DNA of 64,000 nucleotides from Octopus vulgaris (taxonomy: Eukaryota), in NCBI GenBank assembly GCA_951406725.2, contig OX597829.1:35960001-36024000 (forward strand). Reading direction: 5' to 3'. Under the pieces are notes generated by a model. The model was not told the DNA's origin, ran no database searches, and worked only from the letters and a program-made list of their open reading frames with translations. Below, in pieces: positions 41,975 through 55,426 of the stretch (positions are counted from its first letter, which is position 1; each line of letters starts with the position of its first letter). Both the position numbers and the translations under genes were made by a program.

Positions 41975-42012
41975 CTTTCTGAAGAGGTTTAATGAATCGA
42001 AACTCGCCAGAA
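41975..42012 (+). ncRNA. Decayed minimal hammerhead-like motif
   Basis: CUGAAGA-GGUUU-AAU-GAAUC-GAAACUCGCC (cleavage site degenerate). Confidence 0.35.
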
Positions 42013-42515
42013 AATATTATCGTATATACCAAAGGTCAAAGTCACCAAGTGCGCCTTATTTTCAGTACGGATGTAATTTTAAATGATTAGATATATTTGC
42101 TAGAATGGGACACATATTTAAGCAATCTTTTTAGCCGCGCCTTAATTGCTTGTTATTTATGTAGAACTCGCCCTGGAAAATTTTTGTTATATTCTAGATT
42201 GCCAAACCAATGACTGCAGTAATTTCCGTTTAGTCCGTACTAATACACAGAGAACATCAACAAGGCATATACATATTTTCTTTTTCAGTGTATAACTGGA
42301 CTATATCTAAATCAAGCCCAAATCGAGCCCAAATCTGATTTGCTGATGAGTTCGAAAAAGAAAGAAACATCTTCATTATATTCTTCAGACACATAGAATT
42401 CGTAGAGCACCTTTAATTTCATTGACTTTAATTTCCAAAACTTTTGACCGTTTGGACTACAGGAAAATATCCCACGCAGAAAAATATACCGAAACAAAAG
42501 CATTGATATGTATGT

Positions 42516-42612
<97 letters not shown>

Positions 42613-42670
42613 TGTATGTATGTATGTATGTATGTATGTATATATGTATATATATATAAATATATATATG

Positions 42671-42704
<34 letters not shown>

Positions 42705-42738
42705 TGTATGCATGCATGTATGTATGTATGTATATATG

Positions 42739-42844
<106 letters not shown>

Positions 42845-43040
42845 ATTTAGATAAATACATATAATTGGATTAGTGTGTTCAAATGTTGAGCAGAGCACCG
42901 GCACAGTTTAAGCTGCTACCTGTTGTCATCCATAGTTGTGACATACTTCTGTTGGATTTACCACAGGAATTTCGCAGTGGCACTTAGGGTAGTAGTATTA
43001 ATTTATAATAGGAAATGTATTTCGCATTAGTCTTTTATTA

Positions 43041-43086
43041 GGCATAGCATATGCTTCGACCCATCAGTCTGTGTCTCTTCAGGTAC
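43041..43086 (-). ncRNA. Decayed hammerhead-like motif
   Basis: CUGAAGA-GACAC...GGGUC-GAAG-CAUAUG-CU. Confidence 0.35.
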
Positions 43087-43635
43087 ATTAATAAAGAAGT
43101 CTCACTAGAGATTTTTTTGTGTCGGCTGGTTTCTTGTTGTATGCCCATCCAGTTCCACACCCAGACATGAGTCAACACATGATGTACCTAATAAAAGTCT
43201 AATACGAAATCCATCTTCTACTATTAATTAATACTATATATATATATATATATATATTCATGTATGCAGATAAATAAATAAATACATAGATATAGACATA
43301 TATGAATATAGATATACTCACGAATATCTATAAATATTATATATACGCACGCCCGCGCATATACATACATACATACATACATACATACATGCATGCATAT
43401 ATACATACATACATACATGCATACATACATACATACATACATATATGCATGCATGCATGCATACATACATACATACATACATACATACATAATACATACA
43501 TACATACATACATAATACATACATACATGCATATATACATGCATACGTACATACATACATACATACATACATACATACGTACATACATACATATATACAT
43601 ACATACATACATACATACATACATACATACATACA

Positions 43636-43669
<34 letters not shown>

Positions 43670-43687
43670 CATACATACATATATTAT

Positions 43688-44112
43688 ATCGAAGGGAAAT
43701 GGAAATTAAAAGACAATTTTACTTCCAGTGGCCTAGCGCGTAAAAAATTAGTCCAAAGACTAAGTGTTACTCATAAAATACAGTGTACATTTAAACACAC
43801 ACTAGGAGGAGCTGCGCATGCACAGTAGATTTGAAAAGAATAGCATATATAAAAAAGAGGCACATAATTGCTTGCCTCGTATTTATATATTTAAACTGAT
43901 GTGTACCTGTTGATAACGATTTCACCTAGCAAATTATCTTATTTGCTAAACTAAAATCAGAAACCAATTGGTCCAGGAAGCTAGATGGTAAATTCCTTTC
44001 GGGATTTTATCCCTAATTTTGTGGTTTTGGAACCTAGCTGTCCTTTCTAACGTGATGAATCCCATGAGTGGATTCCTCGTATGTGTTTAAATGTACACTG
44101 TATTTATGAGTA

Positions 44113-44113
<1 letters not shown>
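43688..44113 (+). mobile_element. PLE-like terminal element with a 32-bp inverted repeat and a hammerhead
   Basis: TTACTCATAAAATACAGTGTACATTTAAACACA (43767-43799) is inverted at 44082-44113; hammerhead at 43906-43977; microsatellite flanks. Confidence 0.6.
43906..43977 (+). ncRNA. Type-I hammerhead motif with a U3:A8 core
   Basis: CCUG-UUGAUAA-C-GAUUU..UAGCAAAU/AUUUGCUA..AAAUC-A-GAAA-CCAAUUGG-UC-CAGG. Confidence 0.6.
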
Positions 44114-44183
<70 letters not shown>

Positions 44184-44227
44184 CATACATGCATGTATAT
44201 ATATATATACACGCATATACATAAATA

Positions 44228-44792
44228 CGAGGTGTGATTAATAAGCTACCGGACTGTTGCCATAATAACGAAGTTAAAGCCGCTTGGCAAAAATTGACCT
44301 TGAATTCCGCTGTGCATGCGCACTAAGTTTTAACTTTCTAGCTTACTTCCGCTGTTTACAGCAGTACCTGAAAGAAAGTTATCAGAAGATGTGCAGGTTA
44401 GATACAGTTCAGTTTAATCCATCATCAATGAAGATTTGGGTATGAGACGCATGCCTGCCAAATTTGAGTCAAAAAGTCTCTTGACTTTCAGTTGCACAAG
44501 ATTCCCTTCACTGTGTCGAGAATGATGAAACATTTTTGAGAACTTTGCGTAGGCCTCTGAGCAGGTATCGCTAAGCTTTTGGCAAAATTTTATGCAGATT
44601 CTCTCCTCAGCTTTCTCTGTCGTTGTCAATGCGAGGATCACACGCTACACACCTTCATCCCAAGCACTGTTGTAAACAGCAGAAATTAGCTAGAATATTC
44701 AAACTTAGTGATCATGCACAGCGGAGCATGCATCTTTAGTCTGCATTCTTTAGCTTCTTTACAATGGCAACAATCTTATTCATCAGACCACG
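44228..44792. mobile_element. Rearranged mariner MITE with inverted ends of about 140 bp
   Basis: TA-CGAGGTGTGATTAATAAG... / ...CTTATTCATCAGACCACG-TA; minus strand EERICIKFCQKL, plus strand SIINEDLGMRRMPAKF. Confidence 0.85.
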
Positions 44793-44809
44793 TATGTATG
44801 TAAACATGC

Positions 44810-44879
<70 letters not shown>

Positions 44880-45604
44880 TATCGGCAGAATATCAAATAA
44901 CAGCAATATCGACTCATTCACCAACAGCCTATCACAGGAGAATCGCGATTGTAAAGGTGCCTCAGCAAGTGTATACCTGCATACATATCACATATAATAT
45001 AAATATGTATACACACACACACACACACACACATATATGTATATGTATATATATATATAATAAATTAATAAATAAATAAAACATATGTATATATACATAT
45101 GTCCTGTCTTTTACTGTTTATATTTTGTACTGTCGTTACTGTCCTGTTTTTGTTACCATTTTTACCCCTCCGAAAAAAAAATCTCAAATTTTATTTAATT
45201 TGATTTTCGCGGGAAGGGTTGTTTCATTAAAGTCATGTATCGCCTTGACCTTCGAAAGGTGGAGTAGATGAAACAAAGGCGACTGAAGAAGGGGAATTTT
45301 CCTTGTTTTGTATGTCCTGTACTCCATTTTTTCGTTGTTTAAGAAAAATGTCCATTTCCTTGGTTTTGCGTTTATGTTTTCGTTTCTCATTGCGTTCAAC
45401 GTTTTTTTGGTGTCCCGTACCCATATATGCATGTATATATACATGTAGATGTAGGTACGTACATATATGTATGTATATATGCATATGTTTTATTTATCTA
45501 TTACTTTATTATATGACGGAACGCACGCATCCATTTCTTAGTAAGATTGTTCTTCTCTCTATATATATATATGTATATATATATACATATTTATATTATA
45601 TACA

Positions 45605-45736
45605 CAGGTGTGGTTGTGGGGTAAGAAACTTGCTTTTCGACCTCGTGGTTCCGGGTTTAATCCTGTTGCATAGCACTTTGAGCCAACCAAAATCTTTTGA
45701 GTAGTTTTGGTAGACGGAAACTTAAAGACACCCGTC
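45605..45736 (+). mobile_element. SINE family A 5' fragment
   Basis: CAGGTGTGGTTGTGGGGTAAGAAACTTGC...TTGGTAGACGGAAAC. Confidence 0.7.
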
Positions 45737-45804
45737 ATATATATATACATATTTACATATATACATATAGAGAGAGAGAGAGGAGAGAGAGAAAGAGAGA
45801 GACA

Positions 45805-46486
45805 CTAGCAAAAGTAGCCGTTGTTGCCCGTGTTAAAGATAAGATTTCATTCAAAATTTTTATATATGAGATTTTGCTTGATAAGCATTATGATTAGTGA
45901 TTACATTACTGGCATAACAAATTCTATGAGATCAACAACAATGATATTTCAAATAGAAAACACATAAAAACAAGTTATGATAAATCTTTATATACAACAT
46001 TATGAAGTTTTTTCCAGTGGAGTATAAATGAAAAGTTTTTTTGAGCTTCCAGCACGTGAGCATTCAGCATAGAATTGTCCATGAGAGACGTAAGGATCCT
46101 ATAATCGCAAACCACTGTCCTTGCGATTTGTTGATGGACATTGCAAAACTTTGTCTAATTGGTAACTGTACTCTTTTAAACTGTACTGGTAAATCATCAG
46201 TTATTAATGGAATTCCTGTAATGAATATATTATCGTTTGCTCCAGATCCAGAAAGTATAGAAGATTCTATAACATGTGGCATCGTTTTGTTTACAATAAG
46301 TCTTATTCCACTGTAGGATTTTAGAGGAACTATATTTCTTGGAAATATTATAGGTGCTCCAATTTTAAATGAAGCTTATGAGGAGGTAAATCTGTTGGTT
46401 CCAGTGAGTTTAAAAGTTTAACTGGAGTTCTACTATTTCTAGTTGATCAACAACTGTGTCAAGAGAACTGTATGATTTGTAATTTC

Positions 46487-46487
<1 letters not shown>
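45805..46487 (-). mobile_element. Helitron 3' remnant with RepHel PIF1-helicase C-terminus (pseudogenised)
   Basis: LNSLEPTDLPPHKLHLKIGAPII...QFKRVQLPIRQSFAMSINKSQGQ...SHGQFY..CSR...NVVYKD; terminus CACGGGCAACAACGGCTACTTTTG-CTAG followed by T. Confidence 0.92.
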
Positions 46488-46517
<30 letters not shown>

Positions 46518-46520
<3 letters not shown>

Positions 46521-46922
46521 TTTTACTTGTTTCAGTCATTTGACTCCAGCGATGCTGGAGCACCGCCTTTAGTTCAACAAATCGCCCCTAGGACTTATTC
46601 TTTGTAAGCCTAGTTACTTATCCCATCGGTGTCTTTTGCCGAACCGCTAATTTACGGGTACGTACACACAACAGCATCGGTTGTCAAGCGGTGGTGGGGA
46701 GGGGGGACAAACACAGACACACAAGCATACACACACATACAAGCACACACACAGACACACACACACACATATATACACACACGACGGTCTTCTTCCAGTT
46801 TCCGTCTACCAGATCCACTCACAAGGCTATAGAAGATACTTGCCCAAGGTGCCACGCATTGGAATTGAACCCGGAACCATGTGGTTGGTAAGCAATTTGC
46901 TTACTATACAGCCACTCCTGCG

Positions 46923-46924
<2 letters not shown>
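46518..46924 (-). mobile_element. SINE family A
   Basis: Near-consensus copy. Confidence 0.92.
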
Positions 46925-46998
<74 letters not shown>

Positions 46999-47001
<3 letters not shown>

Positions 47002-47362
47002 TCTTTTACTTGTTTCAGCCATGCTGGAGCATAGCCTTGAAAGATTTTAGTCGGACATTTTGTCTCCAGGGGTTACTATTTTTAAGCTTAGTACTTATTC
47101 CATCCCCATCTTTTGTGGAACCGCTGAGTTACTGAAACTTAAATACACCAATATCAGTTGTTAAGCAGTGATAAAGGGACAAACACGAACACAGAATCAC
47201 ACTCATAAATATATACATATGTATATATACGATAGGCTTCTTTCAGTTTCCGTCTACCAAATCCACTCGCAAGGCTTTGGTGGACCCAAGGTTATAGTAA
47301 AACACACTTGCCCAAGGTGCCACGCAGTGGGACTGAATTCGGAGCCACGTGTTGGAGAAGCA
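46999..47362 (-). mobile_element. SINE family A
   Basis: Aligns to the other copies. Confidence 0.85.
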
Positions 47363-47390
47363 GAGTTCTTATTTGTATTATTAATAAACA

Positions 47391-47543
47391 GAGAGTTTAT
47401 GCAACTTTGTAGAATTGAGGGTGTCAATACATGTGGATAGCTGAACGTGTACAAAAGTTTGAATAGTTGAAGATGCGTAAATATTTGTATAATTCATAAT
47501 GCATGTAAGTTTGTATTATTGAGTCTTTATACAGGTTCATATA

Positions 47544-47626
<83 letters not shown>

Positions 47627-47820
47627 TAAAAAATTAATATCAATGATGTATATGTGTAGTGTTTATACAAGTCTGTATAGTTGATCGTGTATATAAATTT
47701 TTATCGTCATGAGAGTATATGAGCTGATATAATCGAGTGTGCATGTAAGTTTGTGTAGTCGACGGTGTATATAATTTTTCTATAGCCAAGAGTGTATATA
47801 AATTTCTGTAATTGAGGGTG
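47391..47820. repeat. Diverged 26-bp minisatellite split by a (TA)n(TG)n tract
   Basis: Units start at 47391, 47417, 47443, 47469, 47495, 47521 and at 47683, 47709, 47735, 47761, 47788, 47814; approximate consensus GAGNGTGTATATAAGTTTGTATAGTT. Confidence 0.85.
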
Positions 47821-47981
47821 TTATGCCAGTAATGTTAAAAGCACAATAATTATTAGGAAACAATTCGTATAAAAATTTTTTGAATGAAATCTCATGATTA
47901 TCTTTAACTCGGTGTGAAAATATAGGTCGGACATTAGCGTTATGTTATCAAAAAAAACAGTTAACGTTTATGATACTACTA

Positions 47982-48110
47982 TTTCTTTATTACCCACAAG
48001 GGGCTAAAGACAGAGGGGACAAACAAGGACAGACATAGGTATTAGGTCGATTACATCGACCCCAGTACGTAACTGGTACTTAATTTATCGACCCCGAAAG
48101 GATGAAAGGC
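47982..48110 (-). mobile_element. SINE family B 3' half
   Basis: TACCCACAAGGGGCTAAA...GACCCCGAAAGGATGAAAGGC, then an abrupt break. Confidence 0.88.
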
Positions 48111-48462
48111 ACTGACACGGCTCAAACAGTCAAGTCAGCAGCTCGGAAATCTAAGGGCCAGCCCAAGCAAACCGGCTTGCTTAGAGTGGAAAAAATGAAC
48201 TGTCGCATCAACGGCTCGTCACCAACTGCCGTATCAACTGGCCGACACCAACTGACTGCTATATGTTCACTCACTACTAGTTATAAACCTCCACAGAAAA
48301 AAAAAAAATAAAAAGTGCAGCATGCTTTAAAGTCACGTGACAAAAATGAATTATTTTACATTAGAATAATTTATTTACTTATTGATCTTGCAGAACAAGA
48401 GGACAGTATTTTTATCTCGTGTAGTACCATTTGAAATTATATTTAGATTATTCGTTCGTAAC

Positions 48463-48510
<48 letters not shown>

Positions 48511-48629
48511 TAATTAGGGTCCACCAAAGATTTGCTTTACCACATACCGAAGTTTAGAATAGCAGCCAGAGAACCTTACCTATTTCGTCTCGGTATGTGG
48601 TAAAGCAAATCTTTGCTGAACCCTAATTA
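48511..48629. repeat. 40-bp inverted repeat with a 39-nt spacer in a (TA)n-flanked insert
   Basis: TAATTAGGGTCCACCAAAGATTTGCTTTACCACATACCGA versus its reverse complement at 48590-48629 (2 mismatches). Confidence 0.92.
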
Positions 48630-48783
48630 TAATTACCGAGAAATGGTCCCTTTTCATGCCGAATTCTTCTTGGTGAAATTATTGATTACTAGTTAATTAA
48701 TTAATTTTACCCTTTGTTATTATTCTTATTATTGATAATATATATACATATATATATATACATACACACACACATACATATAT

Positions 48784-48823
<40 letters not shown>

Positions 48824-48959
48824 GTGTGGAGAATATCTGAGGTCCTTTTGGCTGGTATCACCAGTACCTTCACATTAAGTCAATTATCGAGGGAGAAAGG
48901 GATGAATACACCTGCCAACACACTAACAACAGCACGTCTCACACACATACTGAATTAAC

Positions 48960-49174
48960 TTCAATTTATTTTTCGTAAATAACCAAAATTATGTTGAATG
49001 AGGACTATCTCCTCTCCTTTAAAAGCATATAGGTCCAAATTTAAGGAAAACCTATATCTGAATCGAAGAACCTTTCATGCCAAGTTTAGACATGATTGGT
49101 TAACTGGTTTCTGTGTGCATTGGTAACAAACAGGCAAAATAAAAAATAAAAAGCAAGCAATTTTATATATTAGA
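48960..49174 (-). mobile_element. Helitron-like 5' end fragment
   Basis: Minus strand begins A-TCTAATATATAAAATTGC, like the element at 9425; no 3' CTAG end found. Confidence 0.45.
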
Positions 49175-49213
49175 TATATGTATATATTTATATATGTGTA
49201 TCTGTATCTGAAC

Positions 49214-49412
49214 ACCCGCCATCGCTTGACAGATGACGCTGGTGTGTTTACGTCTCCGGAACTTAGCGGATCAGCAAAAGAGACCGATAGAATAAGTACT
49301 AGTTTACAAAGAAAATAAGCTATGGAGACGATTTCTTGAACTAAAACTCTTTAAGACAGTACTCCAACGTGGCCGCTGTCAAATGACTGAAGCAAGTAAA
49401 AGAATAAAAGAA
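49214..49412 (+). mobile_element. SINE family A 3' half
   Basis: CATCGCTTGACA...GACCGATAGAATAAGTACTAG...GTCAAATGACTGAAGCAAGTAAAAGAATAAAAG. Confidence 0.85.
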
Positions 49413-49433
49413 TGTGACTGTATGTCTGTGTTT

Positions 49434-49545
<112 letters not shown>

Positions 49546-49912
49546 TATATCGATATGTTAGTATTATGTAGCATATCGATAGTGTTTAATTTACTTCTAA
49601 AAATTTCATTCTTTAAGAATTATGATTATTACAGAACTTGAAAAAGAGTGTCTGACTCTCTGTCGTGATCATTGACACAATCGAAGTCCACCGGTCAGCT
49701 GCTTATTAAAGTCTACGTCAAGGAGTTGCTTTTACCAGTTGCTGTGAGGTAAAAAAAAATCGATCGAATAAACAATTAATCGCCCCTTTGCTATTACTTT
49801 CTGAATCATACTGTATATTTATTACAGGTACTGAATAAAATACCCTATACATTTTAATTCATGGGCAATATGTCTTTGGGTATGTATACAAACACACACA
49901 CACACACACACT

Positions 49913-50012
<100 letters not shown>

Positions 50013-50384
50013 TACATACATACATACATATATACATACATATATACAAATACATACATATATATTTACATATATATATAGTATATATATTGTTTGTATG
50101 TATGAATGTATATATATATGTATGTTGTGGGCGCGTGCACGCGTGTACACGAACAGTTTATATAAGTATATACACGAACGTTTGAGGAGGTGCGTGCGTG
50201 TGTGTTGTGTTGCGTGTGTGTGTTGTGTGTATGTGCGTGTGCGTGTGTGTGCGTGTGTGTGTTGTGTGTATGTGCGTGTGCGTGTGTGTGTATGTTTCTG
50301 TGTGTGTTTGTGTGAGTGTATTGCGTAGGAATCGCTGTGTATTAAAAAAGCTTGTTAACAAGCAAACGGTTCCAAGACCATGAG

Positions 50385-50443
50385 CAAGCCGACCAAAGTC
50401 TTGTTAGTGCACTTGGCAGACAAAAACTGAATGAAAACCGTCG

Positions 50444-50525
<82 letters not shown>

Positions 50526-50729
50526 CGTGTACGTCTGTGTTTGTCCCCCGCAAAATCGCTTGACAATCGAAGATGGCGTGATTATGTACCCGTAACTTAG
50601 CGGTTCGGCAAAAAAAAATGATAGAATAAATACTACGCTTACGAAGAATAAGTCCTGGGGTCGATCTGCTTGACAAAAGGCGGTGCTCCAGCATGGTCGC
50701 AGTCAAATGACTGAAACAAATAAAAGAAT
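50385..50729 (+). mobile_element. SINE family A (5'-truncated)
   Basis: GCCGACCAAAG...(TA)n(TG)n...GGCGGTGCTCCAGCATGGTCGCAGTCAAATGACTGAAAC. Confidence 0.88.
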
Positions 50730-50959
50730 ATATATGTGTATATATATATATTATATATTCATATTATTTATATTCATTATATTATTTAATTTATATTATT
50801 TATAGTATTATACATATATATATATATGTGTGTGTGTGTGAGTGTGTGTGTGTGTGTGTACAGAGAGAGAGAGAGAGTGATAGATAGATAGATACATACA
50901 TACGTACATGCGCACATACATACATACTTACATAATACATACATACATACATACATACA

Positions 50960-50993
<34 letters not shown>

Positions 50994-51173
50994 AATAGAT
51001 ATTTCTGAATTTACGAGCTAGGACTCTATTAGAAGCCTACGAAACTTTAGTTGCATGGGTCCCGATTCAAACAGTTTAAAACTACAACAACAATAATGAT
51101 GATGATGATGATGATTCCTGTACAGGAACATGTACATATATACATGCATACATACATACGTACGTACATATAC

Positions 51174-51234
<61 letters not shown>

Positions 51235-51366
51235 CATATACTCACACACGCACACACATACACAGATACACGGACTTACAAATATGTGTTAAAATACTGA
51301 ATGGGTCAGTCGAGCTCCACTCCATTGACATATATGCTTTTATACACACACACACACATACACATA

Positions 51367-51398
<32 letters not shown>

Positions 51399-51577
51399 TA
51401 TGAAATTGAATACGGGAGGTGAATAGAGAGGGGTTAGAGATTGACAGGTCAGTATACAACGGAGTGGGGTAGTATTAAGTACTTTCGATAAGGAGAAGAA
51501 ATGAGAGGTGAGCACTTGTGTCAGGGTGGGGAGGCTATGTATACATGGGTGATAATACGAATTCATATGTACATCTG

Positions 51578-51617
<40 letters not shown>

Positions 51618-52034
51618 TATCATATATGTATATATGTGTATGTATGTGTGTATGTGTGTTAGTATGTATGTGTGTGTCTGTGTGTATGTATGAATGTATG
51701 TATATATGTATGTATTTATGTATGCAGAGAAATGTACGGCGAATAACATACGAGGAAGAAAGGAAAACAATGCATTTAATTGTACATGAAATAATGTAGT
51801 AGCCAAGAAGGGGTTCCGATATATTAGTATTGAATGATAAATAATAATAGTTACTGTGTAACACGAGAATTAAAATAAAAAGGATAATGCTTAACTGCAC
51901 TGAATTTATAGAATTTGTTTCCGCCATTTAAACATCATGCTGCCTTTCGCAACAAATGTAGACATTCAATTCTTAAAATCTTTTTATTAATTTTAAGATA
52001 CGTTTAAGACAAACATGTTTTATGCACATATATG

Positions 52035-52088
<54 letters not shown>

Positions 52089-52089
52089 C

Positions 52090-52149
<60 letters not shown>

Positions 52150-52389
52150 ATGTGTGTATATATATATGTATGTAAAAATGCAGGTACCTACATACATGAA
52201 TCTGTAAGTATATACTGAAAGAAACACACAAATTCACACGATAAAAATATCAATTTAAGATATATTAATATAACAAGTTATTCATGTACACAGGCAGGTA
52301 TATTAATAGTCGTAAACATAAAGATATACTATACAAATTCATGTGTGTGTGTATCTACATATTCATACGGATATTCGTATACATACCCA

Positions 52390-52420
<31 letters not shown>

Positions 52421-52446
52421 CACATCTATATCTATATATATATATG

Positions 52447-52498
<52 letters not shown>

Positions 52499-52575
52499 CA
52501 TATAAATATATATGCACGTATGTATTTGTATACAAATACATATACATATGTAAACTGTATATTAGTTTATATATG

Positions 52576-52645
<70 letters not shown>

Positions 52646-52939
52646 ATATATGTATATGTATATATATGAACTGTGTATTCGACTAATGCTCCGATCTCAA
52701 GCATTATATATTGAGTTCTAAACCAGGTAATTAGCGTTGCAATAGTTGAGTGAGACATATGTTTTCTATTTTATTATATTATATTATAAAAATATATATA
52801 TGAATATATATATAATATATAAACATGTATATATTATGAATATATATTACATGTATAAATCATATTATAGGCACACACATACACACATGTATGTATATCA
52901 TATATATTATAATGTAAGCGATATATTTTTATATAGATG

Positions 52940-52976
<37 letters not shown>

Positions 52977-52992
52977 GTATATAATATAAAAA

Positions 52993-53232
52993 ATGCGCCC
53001 TTTTGAAGCCTAGCCAGGCTCATGGGACCGGTTTCCCAGTTTCAATGGCATATGTGTTCCCCAGCTGGAGGAGACGCCAGTCCATTGCAGCTTTACTCAT
53101 TTTTGGTAGCTGAGTGGCAATGTGAAATGAATTGTTTTATTCAAGAACACAACGCGTCGCCCGGTCCAGGAATCGAAATCACAATCTTACGATCATGATG
53201 CTGACACCTTAACCACTAGGCCACGCGCCTTC
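52993..53232 (-). mobile_element. tRNA-derived SINE family D with tail beta (decayed plus-strand copy at 54433-54680)
   Basis: Minus strand GGCGCGTGGCCTAGTGGTTAAGG...GATTTCGATTCC...ACTCAGCTACCAAAAATGAGT...GGGAAACCGGTCCCATGAGCCTGG. Confidence 0.85.
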
Positions 53233-53488
53233 GTACACACATATATATATTTATATTTATATTTATATATATACATCCTTTAAATATACGTGTGTGTGTG
53301 CGTGAATGTATATATATACATATACACATCAGTTATATAACGATATTTTGAGGCTTTTAATGAGTATATGAGTATGTGCATCTGTGTGTGTACATATATT
53401 TCTGATCAGGTGAGTATCTGTGTGGTTGTGTATTCCTTATGATTTAGGAGAGGGCTACATTTATGGATGTATATTTAACGTATATACG

Positions 53489-53684
53489 AAGGCGTTAGCA
53501 CGCCGCGCGAAGTGCTTAGCGTTATTTCGTCTGTCTTTACCCTCTGAGTTCAAATTCCGCCGAGCAGGACCTTGCCTTTCATTCTTTCGGAGCCGATAAA
53601 TTAAGTACCAGCTGCGTAGCGTGGTCGATTTAATATATTGATCCCTTTCTAAAAAATTTTGGACCTTGTGTGCAGAGTAGAAAA
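53489..53684 (+). mobile_element. SINE family B, 5'-truncated, 20-bp TSD
   Basis: GTATATTTAACGT(A/G)TATACG at 53469-53488 and 53685-53704. Confidence 0.9.
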
Positions 53685-53816
53685 GTATATTTAACGTGTA
53701 TACGCCAATATGAATATAAAACCATGACTTTAGCACTTATATATATGTGTATGTATGTATCCAACTCTCTGTCTATATATCTATCTAGCTTCTTTTCTGT
53801 CTATCTATTTATTTAT

Positions 53817-53884
<68 letters not shown>

Positions 53885-53997
53885 ATATACACATGTGTGT
53901 GTATATGTACCTATATGCACATATAATATATGTATATATATATACATATATTATATGTTCATATAGGCACATATACACACACATATACATATGTATA

Positions 53998-54030
<33 letters not shown>

Positions 54031-54226
54031 TTATACATAGGAACACACACACAAACACATAAATATATATATATATCTACATTTGATGCATATATAAATA
54101 TACATATGCTTGTATGTATTCATTATTGTGTATATATTCATATGTATATGTTATAAGTCTCCATATACGTATGACATACAGAAATACACACATAACCACA
54201 TATATGTATATAGATAGATAGGTAGG

Positions 54227-54323
<97 letters not shown>

Positions 54324-54818
54324 TAGATAGATAGTTAGATAGATAGATAGATAGATAAGGAGTGAATGAGAGACAGGTAGATAGTGAGAGAGAGAGAGAG
54401 ATAGTGAGAGAGGGAGAGAGAGAAGGAACAAGAGAGCGCGGTGCGTGTTTATTGGTTAGGGATATTCCACTAAAGGCGGAAAAAATGTGGCCTCGATTCC
54501 TGGACCGAGTACTTATCGTGCTCTGCTCTTGTGTAAAGCACTCCATTTGACGTTGCTGTTGCCAACTCAGCCGGCAATGATGAGTGACTGTGCAACGGAT
54601 CGAGTACCGTTGAATAGGGAAATAAACGTATCACAGAATTCCGGAAATCAGCCTCATAATCCGATGGCTCGGAAAAGAACTTTGATCCTTGTTTTATATA
54701 TTATGTATTTACATATACATGCATATAATCACACACACACACACATACACCCGCACACACACACGCAAACACACATATATACTCACACACACATATACAA
54801 AATATATATATAACGTGA

Positions 54819-54862
<44 letters not shown>

Positions 54863-54889
54863 TATATGCATATATATATATATTTATGG

Positions 54890-54958
<69 letters not shown>

Positions 54959-55147
54959 CATACATATATATATATATGCATATGTATATATATTAACTAA
55001 AGTCAAATTCAATAAGGTATTTAGATACCACTTGCTATTATTAATAACGGTAATAATACTTTTTTCATTTAAATATATACATACATACATATATATATAT
55101 ATGTGTGTGTGTGAGTGTGTGTGTGAATATATATATATATACATACA

Positions 55148-55183
<36 letters not shown>

Positions 55184-55299
55184 TATCTATATATATATAT
55201 ATATATATGTATGCATATATATATATGTTCATACATACATACATACAAATATACATAAATTCATACATACATACGTACATACATACATACATGCATACA

Positions 55300-55333
<34 letters not shown>

Positions 55334-55426
55334 CATACATACATACATACATACATACATACATACATACATACATACATACATACATACATACATACAT
55401 GCATGCATGTATGTGCATATATATTT

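Noticed and set aside
42312-42457. Exon-like minus-strand frame [20 protein letters not shown]
   Set aside because: No recognisable domain or convincing donor; cannot be told apart from chance or a transposon end
47391-47820. CRISPR-like interpretation of the regular array
   Set aside because: Units are contiguous and diverged, with no constant repeat plus unique spacer, no cas genes and a eukaryotic context
51535-51927. Minus-strand ORF with a hydrophobic N-terminus and LLGYY
   Set aside because: The hydrophobicity derives from T-rich sequence, there is no good donor, it runs into microsatellite, and GTLLG would need a frameshift
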